Shown here piece after piece: positions 21,201 to 33,203 of a stretch of DNA of 64,000 nucleotides. The notes below the pieces were generated by a model. It saw only the letters and a program-made list of their open reading frames with translations. It was not told the DNA's origin and did no database searches. The stretch is from Trichoplax adhaerens (lineage: Eukaryota > Animalia > Placozoa), in the NCBI RefSeq assembly GCF_000150275.1, contig NW_002060974.1, positions 155,744 through 219,743 of the forward strand, written 5' to 3'. The position numbers were made by a program, and so were the translations under genes. How positions within the stretch are numbered: position 1 is the first letter of the stretch; every line of letters begins with the position of its first letter.

Positions 21201-22783
21201 TTATTGTAATATAGTAATGATGTATTGAAACCTCAAAAGACTTGCTTATGGACGGTATTTAGGCAAAGTTGATTATAGGATGATATTGTTTTACTAGAGT
21301 AGCCATTGATGAATACAAACATCTAAAAAGATATATAATGAAAACGACAGACTTAATTTACCGTTTCTACAAGTAGATAAATAACCGTGATTCAGTTCAT
21401 CAAGTAGAATACCATCGAGATTATTGCAACAACTTCAAGAAGTATTCGTTGATCTATCCTATGTTACTATACGCGTAAACGATGTATAAATAAGTCGTAT
21501 AGATAGGTTTTAACTGTATTAGAAACTAGAGTATTCTATCGAGGGAGATATACAATATATCATAGTATCATGAAAGTAAAACATTCTAGAATATTATCTT
21601 GGTATAATTGCTAAAAAGAGCTGGGATTGTTAAGTAAAGTAATGTCAATTCTTAACATCAGTAATGGACAACACCGAAATACACGTAATAAAAGTAAAAT
21701 ACCAAACAATCGCTTACCTCGAGATTACATTGCTTGTACTTATATTATTCCTTTATCCTTTTCTCATCGTAGTCATCGACGACTGCTTTATATGATTGCA
21801 AGCTATTAGCTGACTTGGATTTCGGTACACTCAATTTAAAATTACCTTCAGGATCTTCACCTTTAAATCCTTCTCCTTCGTTGGTTGTACGGCCCCTGCA
21901 GAGAGATGACTTTGATAAAGGTTGAATAAATTGAATCATTTCAAGATGTAGATTTTAACCTGAGTGTAGAAAATAAATGAAAGATTTCGTTTACTTCTAA
22001 TAATTTAATTTTTTGTACCGTAGGTTATTTACAACTTTTATCCAATTTAACTGAAGTTGGTGATGTAACAAAAGAAATGTTTTACAGTATGTCTAAATTA
22101 TAGCCGCTCACGTAGAGTAATTTTGATCATTTTTGTTTTATTAGAAGGAAATAATACAACTTTCTATCTTCTAATCTTTGATCATTTATTCTTGCAATTA
22201 GAACGCTTTGATCACATGAAATCTTGGCAAAACAGCCATTTTGTGACAGTGATTGAGGATACTTCTACCGGCAAGATTATAGGAAATACTACTCTGGTTA
22301 TAGAGCAAAAATTTATTCATTGTGCAACATATGTTAGTATTATTATTATTGTTTACAGAATAGCATTGACTTGTTGCGATATAGTGTCGTGATTTTAATA
22401 CTGTAACAAATTTTTTGCAGAGAGGTAGAATAGAAGATGTTATAGTCGATGATGCGTATCGTGGTAAACAGTTGGCAAAAATGTAAGTACCATCCTCTCT
22501 TATTTTATGCTGTGTAGCTATTGTAATGGACAAGTAGACATATCAAAGCTTTAGTTTCATTTGATATAATTTCTATTATTACTAATTTATTTATATACTA
22601 TATCGGCAATGTTTAATAATAAACAGTTTAGTTGGCAGCATGGTTCTTCTAAGTGAAAAGGTGGATTGCTACAAGTTGACACTAGAATGCACCGAAGATT
22701 ATATGCCATTCTATCAGAAATTTGGACTAGCAACGAACCAGAGTCGTTACATGCAAAAAAAATTTTTTGATGTCAAATCTTGA
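18250..22783 (+). CDS. GNPNAT1: Glucosamine-6-phosphate N-acetyltransferase (GNA1)
   Basis: Putative micro-exon ATG GCG GAC GAG|GTAAG at 18250-18261. The exon from 21773 reads SSTTALYDCKLL...LVVRPLQRDDFDKG, followed by YLQLLSQLTEVG, VIEQKFIHCA, RGRIEDVIVDDAYRGKQLAK (GNAT motif A) and CYKLTLEC...FYQKFG...DVKS* (TGA 22781-22783). Exon 1 assignment is less certain than the rest. Confidence 0.93.
18320..19125. repeat. Tandem array of 4 units of 205-214 bp in GNPNAT1 intron 1
   Basis: gatactaaac..tcgatc..atggaagcacgatagtc..cattgc.atcagc occurs at 18381, 18595, 18803 and 19008. Confidence 0.95.
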
Positions 22784-24509
22784 TCCTTGAAACATTCGTT
22801 TATTGCTTTAGCTAGATCAAACTCTTATTTTGCTATTATGTCGACTGTTCCAGTGGATTACTTTATTTAGGCTTTTAATTCCAGATATTCAACGAGGCTA
22901 GCAATTGTCTTGTGTTGATATTTCGATTTTAGTGTGTTTATTCAAATCAACGGATAGAATATAAAGTCGGATTAGGATCTCTGCTTATAACAGCGCAACA
23001 ATATTATGAATATGAATATGAACAAGTTTGTTATTCAATATGGTGTTGAAAATAATGTAATTGGACGTTATGTATCTACATAAACCATAATTTATTCTTA
23101 TAATTATGGTGATGACTACGAAGGAATAATATTCTATCATGTTACAACTGACCTTGACATACCCTTGACATTTTGTTTACGTACCATGCACTGTTTGCAA
23201 TTGTACGTGCAATATTTCAAAGGTATTTTAATATAATCTAAACTTGATTAATCTCAAACCAATTGAATTTAGAATATGAATACAATCACTTAATTAAAAA
23301 TCAATATTGAAAAACTAGAATTGATATCTGCTCCAAGAACTTGCTCGTAATTTTTTCACGCAAATTCAAGAATGACCATGCTAATTTTAAGGGGGATTGT
23401 CTCTCATTTATCCTTTGATTATTTTATAAAACAGTGAAGGTCGCACAGTATCATGCTTCCGAGGTTGAGGTAGATCGTTTACTTTATTTGAAAGACTAAT
23501 AGGACTGAAATTACTCTTATTTTAAGAGAAGGTGTTGTTCATGTTTTTTAACTAGCTTGAGTTCAGTGGTATTTACACCGTTTTTTTTATTTTTTGCTTA
23601 TCATTTCAACGATAAACTTACACAATTAACATTTTATGAGATCGTAGTGTGCAATAATATCATTTGACTTCATTATTTTTATCGTTTCTGTTGTAGATAT
23701 TATTCTGATATACATATAAGGGTCATTAATACTATATTCTACGAAATGCTGCCTGATTAAAATGAGCTATCCATATTTATTTGTAACGATTTACTAAATA
23801 GCATATTGACAGGTACAATGTATACACTGTATCTACTTTGTTTATCAATTACTGGAAAAGTAAGTAATAGCTTGTGTACAGTAGGATAAGTAAGTAAACA
23901 AGATAAACAGGGGTTATATTATTTATTTTTTTCTTTAAATTATTATCACACAAATTTGGAATTACTCACCCATCATGTTGATAAATTATTCTGATATCAA
24001 GCTACACCTAGATAATGATAATATTCGATATTTAGCATACCTTGTAATTTTTCATTTCGAAATTGTTCGTTTAAATTGATGATGGTATAATTTTCATTTT
24101 ATGACCAACTTTATGATTAAATTAATTAGAATACTGGGCTGACAATAATTCAAGTTTATTTTGAATCAGATCGGGCAGAATTAGCAATCATAATTTTTTA
24201 AACTGCTGTCCATAAAACTATAGTGGAGAGACTGATACTGTGCAACGGTATATTAGAGCTAAATTTAAACAAATAAAGGTGTAAAACTAGTGCTACTATA
24301 GACAGTACTCCGAGATCCAGCTCTAAACTACTTAGAAATAGGCTTCTAAAGGTGTACGCATCAAATGATATAAAATGATGGTAGGGGACTTGATAAAATA
24401 ACCCAATCAGGTTACAATTCTTATTATAGTAAATAGGACAAGTTATAGCTAATTTTCAAGCCATGTAAAAAAGAGATTGAAGAACGTTGGATATGGCTAT
24501 TTTTTAATT

Positions 24510-25935
24510 CAAACTGATCGTTTCTTTCTATGATAGGAAATGATGCTGATAAAATATTGATAGAAAAACTAATACCAGACTAATCATTCCTTGTACTAAA
24601 AAAAAATGGTTTACAAGACGTATAGTAATAATTAATAATAATAAAACTTTAGACCAACAGGTTTAATCGTTCATTTCTACTATAAGAAATGATGTCCAAT
24701 ATGGATAGAAAGACTTCTAGACTCAAAAGTTATAGCACGGTAGGTTAATAATCCTTTCTACTGAGAGAAACGATATAGAGATTATAACAAACTGTAATTA
24801 ATAACAAAGAGACTAGAATACAGCAAGCTAATCGTTCATTGCTATCGTAAGAAATGATATCAAGGATGCATCATATTAATGCAAAAGATTTGATGCACAG
24901 CAGGTTTTGACTATGTGAATATTATTATGCACATGGATGATCTATTTCAAATGATTTTTGAACGATTTAGGTCAAACTAGAGTAGATAATTATTTAATTT
25001 GATCCTTTCTTCCTAACATGGAAACGTATGAAAAGTTAATAACATTTGCAAGCAAACAATAGGTTTTGGTGAGGTATATTACACTCATGGTTAGGTTAGT
25101 TTAATTTTGAATAGATTTATGTTTCTCAGTCGATTTTTTTGCTATAAGAGATTGGAATGCTTAGCATTCTATTCAATGGTGCCTCAAGTTTAATTTCCAG
25201 TTTTAAGAAATTATCCATATCAAGATAGAACAAAGATATTTTGATCACGTCTCTTTACAGTATTACTGGCAATAAAAGTATTTCCAAGAAATTTGGATTC
25301 TAAGTATGCTATGCAATGGTGGCTGAATTTGAATTTCTATTCTTAAAGTGTCGTCCATGTCAAGAGAGAATGAGAATATTTCAATTTTGTTTCTCCATTA
25401 CAGGTCATTAAAGTGTCTATGGCAGCATTGATGGATAGCCTGCATAGGCTTTGATTGATCTTGCCTTAAGAATCATCGAACGCCAGTTGCAGACTTGCAG
25501 TTATTTTGTTTTTACCAGGACGACAAGATAGAATCATTCTCATTGGATAAGTATGGATAAGATTGAAATCAAAATCGACATACGAAGGAAATATACGCCT
25601 TAGCAATGATAAACTTATGTTATTATCAATAAGTATACGATCAATAATAATATATATATAATGAACTATCTATTTCAATTTAGATAATACCAATAATAGA
25701 ATAGCCTATTGCAGTTATGTCAATAAGGTATAAAATAGTCCTGACCTGTAATCCAAATGAACGTAGAAAGGAAATGGATGCCATCGCTATTTCAATTCCT
25801 TGACGATAATAAAGTTATGTTATTACCAATAAGAATGGATGGATAATCTATTATCCATTTTAATTAAAATAATACCACAATATTATAGCCTATTGCAGTT
25901 GTGTCAATAAAGTATAAAATAGTCATGACCTATCA
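24510..25935. repeat. Degenerate intergenic local duplications (65-85 bp units at ~24510-24860; ~200 bp pair at ~25605-25930)
   Basis: atcgtt..tt.cta...taagaaatgat occurs at 24517, 24666 and 24831. ataaa.ttatgttatta.caataag...atagcctattgcagtt.tgtcaataa.gtataaaatagtc.tgacct occurs at ~25608 and ~25808. Confidence 0.7.
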
Positions 25936-27040
25936 AGTCCTATCCAATTGGAGTACAACTCCTCCCATCTTGCTCAATCCCATGGACTCCATTGTCATTT
26001 CCAAGTTGAATTATCCTCCTGCTGTAGTGATTGTATCCCCATGATGGAAGCTAAAAGAAGAAGAATATATGATGATGATGATAATGAATAGAAAAGGATT
26101 GGATCCTATTTACTGTATGACTTGTTTTCATCAGTGGGGGAAAAAATTATTTGTACGTGAAAAAAATATCCATCTCTATTCTTCCATGGTTATTATTTGC
26201 TTAGTATACAAGTACAAATAATTAAATGGCAATTTCCTTGGCATTATCCAACTGTCTTGAGAGAACAGTGAGATGAAAAGGTTGGTTTACCATTCCATTG
26301 AACATCAGCAATAGAGTTAGAATGCAATCAATTTAATTCTATCTTCCATTTTGACTCTCTTGACAATATCCATGAAGGCTATTCTCCATTGCTCAATCTC
26401 AATCTGCAATTCCATATTCATCATCAACTTGGGTCAAGGATAAGGCGAGAGATTGCTCCATGACTGTCCATGTTCAAAAAAATAAAAAAATCAATCTATG
26501 CATGTCTGTCTCTTGCTCTCTCATTCCAGATTAAAAGATGAATTGGATTGATTGTCAAGATGGTTGGAAATTCTAACCAAGGAATAAGTTAACGCCTTCG
26601 TCTTCTTGCCAGCGGGTTACTTAACGTAGTAGCGCTAGTATTTGTTTTAATTATTCATGAGTCAATCATGACTATTGCCGATATTGTTATCATGCATTCA
26701 TTAGGTTAATTAATGGATTGAATTCTTTTCAATTTTTTCCTCCTATCCTTGCATTGATTTTATTATTCTATACCCATCCGATATTACCACGTCCAAGTTC
26801 ATCCAGTGCATATTCAATATCGTCCAACATTGCCTATCCTTCAAAATACTTGTTGCTTAAAACGTCTTGATTGAGCAACCATTGCATACATCGATTGGAT
26901 TGGTTTCTTTCATTCCTGCCTACAAATTGGATAGTCCTGTTTAATTAGTGGTTGAGATCCATCTCTTTGGCCGGTCATTTCTTAGTATTTTTCTTTCTTT
27001 TTTTTCCCTCCACTTCAAGCGATTGAAATTGCCATTCAAG

Positions 27041-30000
27041 ATGAAATCTAAAGTCTATTCCATTAACTTGAGTGTTTCAAGGGAAGATAATTCTCACATT
27101 TACTTTAAATGTGATGGCGGACGATTCGATTCGGCTTATACCTATAAAATGAACGTGGATTGCTTGTACAAGTTAACCTTTGCTTGCAAACCTCATATCG
27201 TTATTGAGTAAGTGGTACAACATGATCTAATATAGGTGGATAAGATTAACAATATTTTCATCTTGTTTTCGCTTACCAATCAAATTATTTGCTATGTGGT
27301 CACAGTAGAAAAAAAAAACCCGATAGGATCATTGCATCTGTTGAGTTCTGCATAACTGACCATCATCGTCTACTTGTATGTAGTATTTTGACTCCACTCT
27401 CGATGCATGGACTGGTGGATAAAAGTTACAATCTATTTTTTTCTCCTCCCCCCCTCCCCTTTTCCCAGACTTGCTCGATTATTTTTCTCCAACTCAGAGT
27501 ATACGGCTAATGATGAGGAACTTATTTGCATAACCGTGACCTATGGGCGATTAAATAGCCAGAAATTTTATTGATAAATTAATTTCTTGCGTGTAAAACT
27601 CAAAATCTCATTTGCAAGTTTTAGCCAACTGTGAGTTAGTTGGCAATTTTGCGGTATGTTGATAGTTTGAAATCCCTTTCCATGAACGTAGATAGGCTCT
27701 GATTTAAAATTACAGTTGGAAAGCGAGCGTAAAAGCAAGATTTACTTTTATCATAATAACTAGTAGCTTATGGATCTATCTTGAAAGTGGCAGGCTATGG
27801 TCTACCCTTGTTTTCATCCAAGTTGTCATAATCCGATCATTCCTGTCATTTTCATGTTGCACCTTGCAGTTTTCTTCTTCAAGACGAGTTCAAACACATT
27901 CTCAAGTGCAGATTGAACAAAAAATAAGGAAGAAGGCTACCTTAGCGTTACGCAAGTAAACGATCCGAATTCTAGGATTGTGCAAGTTTCTTCCTAGCTT
28001 TATTTCCAAAAAGTAGGCAAGCAGATTGGCGAGTGATTACCAGTAGCATCATTGCTCAAACTTTATTTTAATGATAGTAACTTGCTCTGATTTAAAATTG
28101 TTGTTGGAAAGCAAGAGTAAAACAAGATCTATTTGACCATGAATAGTTGCTTATGGGTCTATCTTGAAAACACCTGGCCATAATCTAAGACCCTTGTTTT
28201 CATCTAAGTTGTCATGATCCGATCATTCCTCTCATTTTCATGTTTTACCTTGCAGTTTTCTTCATCATGACGAGTTCATACAGATTGAAGCAAAATAGAG
28301 AAGAAGGCTACCTTAGTGTTATGCGAGTAAAACGATCCGAATTCTAGGATTTTTCAGGTTCTAACCACATCGGTAAGCGATGACGAGTAGCAGCATTGCT
28401 CTAACTTACTCGTATGATGGTCATTTGCTCCGATTTAAAATTATAGTTTGAAAACAAGCGTCCAAAACAAGATCTATTTGACTTTAGAGAGTAGCTTACG
28501 GTCTATTCTTGCTTCCATCAAGTTATCATGATTCGATCATAGCTTTCATTTCGACGTTGTTCCTCCGGTTTTTTCTTCATAACAAGTCCATACAGATTCT
28601 AAAGTACATATTGAATAATGAAAGGGCAAAAGGCTACCTTAATGAGTAAACGATCCTAGTGATAGAATTGTAGAAATTCCTTCCTAGCTTTATTTCTAAA
28701 AAAGTATACAACCAGATTGACGACCGCTTACGAGTGAAAACAAGCGATGTTGTTTGGATGTTGTTCCTTCCAGTTTTTTCTTCATAACAAGTCCATGCAG
28801 ATTCTAAAATGCACATTCAATCATCAAATAGCAAAAGGCTAACTTGATGAGTGTTATACGAGTAAGCGATCCTAGTGATAGGATTGTAGAAATTCCTTGC
28901 TAGTTTTCTTTCTAAAAAGTATGCAACCAGATTGGCGACCGCTTATGAGCAGCACCATTACTCTAACTTACTCCTATGATTGTTGCATGTATCCATTGAA
29001 AAAGTCAGCAGTAAAAATATTAACTATCAAAAGAAAGAATTTTCTAGCTAGATGAGAAATACTACCACAGAAGAATATTCCCACTCTACCTTGACAGTTA
29101 CTGTAGCAATTTATCGTTCAAGGATAGTCAAACATACAATTAATTTGGAAGGTCTAGATTAAACTCAATTACGCAATAGGTATACTTACAAAAAATTAAT
29201 GATTAGCCTTGGACCCTATGGTATGATGTGGAAGGTGTAGATTGGATTTATTACGATGCAATGGGTATACTAAAAAATGAACTTGTGTCGTATGATAGAC
29301 AAGGTGTAGATTCCATTTCCTCTTTTGATTACGACAAATTATGCGATTGGGATGTTTAATTAATGGATATTTTAGCATTGGATCCTGTCGTATGATAGGG
29401 AAGGCTGGGTTTTCCTTTTTTAATGATGGCGAATGAATTATATAGGATAAATGATACATGTCCAAATGATGTAATAGCTAGGCTAAAAATGGAGTTTTTG
29501 CTATTGGATTCTGTCGTATAATACAGAAAGTGTGGACAAGACTCCATGGTAATGCAATAGAAAATGCTAAATATGAATTTTGGGGCCTTTAATCCTGTCG
29601 TATGCTATAGAAGGCGTAGATTGGATCTTTCGTCTTTTGACTATGTTACGGAAGAAAGAGATCGTAGAATTGATTTATAGTCGTAGTTTAATCACGTAGT
29701 TTGGTAGAACTGGCTCTTAGCATGCTAAATAGGTGAAAAATGGCTGTTGATGGACTCCTTCCCCCTTCAAAAGGCTTACCCTTTTAGTTTCATGATTGTA
29801 AGCTAGTAAAATCAAGCCACACGATCCTGTCAATTCGCTCTCTTATTCTTTCCAAGTCGTCGTTTTCACTGTTGTTGAGCTACGGTATATCGAAGAAGGA
29901 ATATTGATTCTGATTCCATTTCCCCTTTAGAAGATCATTAATTGCTTTTTTGTCCTCGCTAATGAAAGAGAGAGAGGAAAAAAAACTTGCCGTCAATAGA

Positions 30001-30413
30001 TTGCCTTTTCCTTTTTGAGTTGGTCAAACCTTTATGCACGGATTATAGCCGGCTAACGAGAAAGAGAAGGCAATAAATTGATTGATTTTACTTCCATTGC
30101 ACCTTGTAGTACTGTCATAAAATGGATTCTTTTCTATAGCTCCTAGCGAGCTATAATANNNNNNNNNNNNNNNNNNNNNNNNNNNNNNNNNNNNNNNNNN
30201 NNNNNNNNAACTAAAAGTAAAGGACGATCACCGTTGAGAATTGTCCTAGATATTCGCGATGCTGGCTCAGTAGAAATGATATTACAGTGTAAATTTTATA
30301 AGAGAAATTCAAGCCATGATCGTTGGGGAACACAAGTCAACAGCATCCAATTCGATTATGCTCCTAAAGATGAAACTGGCCCCTTGGCAGTCATTAAACA
30401 ATCTATCTTATAA
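27041..30413 (+). CDS. CNRIP1: CB1 cannabinoid receptor-interacting protein 1 (CRIP1a) homologue; middle part lost in assembly gap
   Basis: Exon 1 (27041-27207) MKSKVYSINLSVSREDNSHIYFKCDGGRFDSAYTYKMNVDCLYKLTFACKP|GTAAGT matches the CRIP1a F.K.DG.RF....T.K......Y......KP pattern. After the gap (30210-30413) the sequence reads TKSKGRSPLRIVLDIRDAGSVEMILQCKFYKRNSSHDRWGTQVNSIQFDY...*, matching TK...R.P......Q.KFY.....H..WG. Confidence 0.82.
27690..28980. repeat. Diverged tandem array (~4 units, 205-371 bp) in CNRIP1 intron 1
   Basis: aaggcta.ctt...gtaaacgatcc...taggatt recurs at 27933, 28304, 28630 and 28835. ctctgatttaaaatt...gttggaaagc recurs at 27697, 28086 and ~28428. Confidence 0.88.
30159..30208. 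other. Assembly gap (50 N)
   Basis: A run of N inside CNRIP1. Confidence 1.
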
Positions 30414-33203
30414 TTGATCCTCTAGTAGTATTAATGACGAAGTGGCTCAACACCAACTTTATTTTTAACAACAAGAGTTCGATACTAATGTCCAAAATCC
30501 ATGGGATAAAACTCCTAAAAAAAAAAATGGCTCATTGACTGTTGTTAAACAGGTTATCCAATAATAGAATTCATTTGCACTGTAATATTCATAATGAAAT
30601 GGTTCAAGGAGAACTTGCACCATCTTCCTTCTCTAATGAATATAATCTGTATAGTATAAGATTTGCACTTTCTTTTCGCCATCTTGGATACAGCATAAAT
30701 CATAGGACGAGCTTTAAGTTCCTAAAGTAAATATTTCATATTCTGCTCTCATCAACTAATCCATCTATAGCCAAGATGAATAAATGATGTCGCCAATGGA
30801 CAATCTCTTTTCATAAGCAATATTGGAGAATATCATTTTATGGCAATTATGGAGAGTAAGATTTAAAACTGAGTTACTTTATCAGCCATTTCTTTTATTG
30901 TGTATACTAGACTACGCCATTAGAATAGACACAATCCTCATTATCTTGTATACAAAGTTGAATCCAACAATTGGAGTAGGAAATTGGCAGCTAATTTTAC
31001 CGATTTCAATTGATACAGTAATGAAAACTGATATTTAGCCTTTACTCTATCCTACTTTAGGACTATTTACAGTATAAGCTATTCTTGGTTTCTATAGGGG
31101 GAAATAAATGAGCATTTTAAATCTCTGTATAAGAATTCTACTAATAAGATCGGTTTATGTATGGTTCTATAGTAGTCTTATGCTGTGCTCAAATATACTT
31201 TCAAGGTTATATAGACATGTTTTATGATTTCTTATCATAGTGGATGGAATTGAATAATTTGATCATAAACTAGCTAATGTTGTATCTACCGGAAGGCTAC
31301 TACCTCATCATAAAACAGATTGATAGCTAGCTTCCTAATTGTTTTTACGAGAATCATTATAATTATGTATTAAAAGATGAAATCAGTACTTTACTGCCAA
31401 GATGGCAACATGAAGATTTGCTTGCTTTCTATTCCGTGTGGATAAAATTATCTTGGACCTAATTCAGAATGGCTAATTTTAAATAGTTGAAATTTATACT
31501 TATAGGTAGAAATGGCCAATGATTTATAATTGTACTGATGAAAATACGCGTTAAAATTTTTATAATGTAATAACGACGGGATAATTTTAACTTGAAAATA
31601 AACACTTTTATATCTAGATTCAATAAACGTCATTTGGTTTCAAGAGAGATAAATAGGGTAAAAGTGGAAAATTGGTATTCTTATCTTTTGATTTGACATC
31701 TATAAAATTACTTTTAAATAACCGAGTACAGAAATGATAAAATATTCTAGTTGGTAGTCAGTAACATGGTAGGTTTAGAACCGCCTATTTAAGCTAAGGG
31801 TTAGAGTAGTTGTGGATATTGCATTGGAAGGTTTACTTGCTTTCTCTTCCATATGGGGTAAAATCAGCTTGGACTCAAATCCAAGTACAGAAAATGACGA
31901 AAGCTAGGATGTGTTGTCTTTAATAACGCTACGGACTTATAGTCTCACTTCACGCGGCAATATCAATTTTAATCAAGCCGTAATGTTTGCAAGAAAGCAA
32001 TGTCTACAACTTTTAAAATTATTTCAAAAGTTAGTTGATGATCGTATTCAGTCCAAGCTCAGCACCAGTCATGAGATAGAATACGTGAACATTTGGTTGT
32101 TCTCTGAATTCTAAAATGACAGCAAGAAGCTGAAGCAACTTCTGTCCTGTAGAATTCGTCTCTACTCACTTCAATTCAATCCTAGCTTATCATTAGTCGG
32201 TGGCTGATGCAATATTATTATTAACTGTAAAGAATTGAGCACATTTAAAATTCTCTATTGGCAGGCAGTCAAGACTTTTCCCGAGCATACAGAGCAAATC
32301 GGAATCTATGATCTCGTTAGTACACATCAAATTCGTGACAACAATAAATTATCATTCATTATTATCCATCCTGATGAGTATAACTTAGGATAAGCATTGA
32401 ATAATCATCAATAAATAAAGAAGGAAAATTTTTAAATTTAAATAGTACTAGTGAATAGATTGCATTGCTTATTTAGTTATAATTAAGGAGAACTTTCCTC
32501 AATCAAAATGCGTTATGTTCTATACCGTTTGGAACATGATAACATGAATTGCCATAACTAGTATCTAAAGATATTCTCTTAGTAAGCAATATGAATATAT
32601 ATATTAGAAAGGAAATAATGAAACTAATCTCTTGACAATAAATAAGCATTTTAATTTATCATTCTCTATATTCCATATAATAAATATTATTAATTGGATT
32701 TTATAAATAATATGTAGTTAAGCATACTTCTCTGAAAGTTCAAATTATACGAGTAAGGGTAATATCTCTGCTTGTATACTAAATATAAATGAATTCGATA
32801 CTATCGTATTTGCTTCTATTGAGTGAAATGTGTATACTTATTAAATATACCTACTGCAATGTGGTAATAAATAATAGCGTAACTGTCCTTTCCGTTCAAT
32901 CGCTCATTGAGAGGCCGCATTTGTTACAAGTGTCATCAATATTGAAATGATGACTAGCCATTGTAAAAGTATTCCGAGTTGCAGAATATGCTATAGGACG
33001 ATACTAATGTATAAAATTATACTTGCTTTCTACTATTTAATATGGAACTGAAAATATTGAAAACGTGTTGATAAAATCATTCCTAAGAAACGTACATCGT
33101 TTTTTTTACAGCATAATTTACATGGTATATTGCATTATCTTACTACTAAAACAAGGTGATAGAGTTAATTACGTCAGAATGCCAATAGACACAGTTGCTA
33201 CGA

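Noticed and set aside
22800-27000. Possible hidden gene in long non-coding intervals (also 43000-46700 and 54400-57100)
   Set aside because: No consistent exon chain or recognisable peptide was found by eye; small or non-coding genes cannot be excluded.
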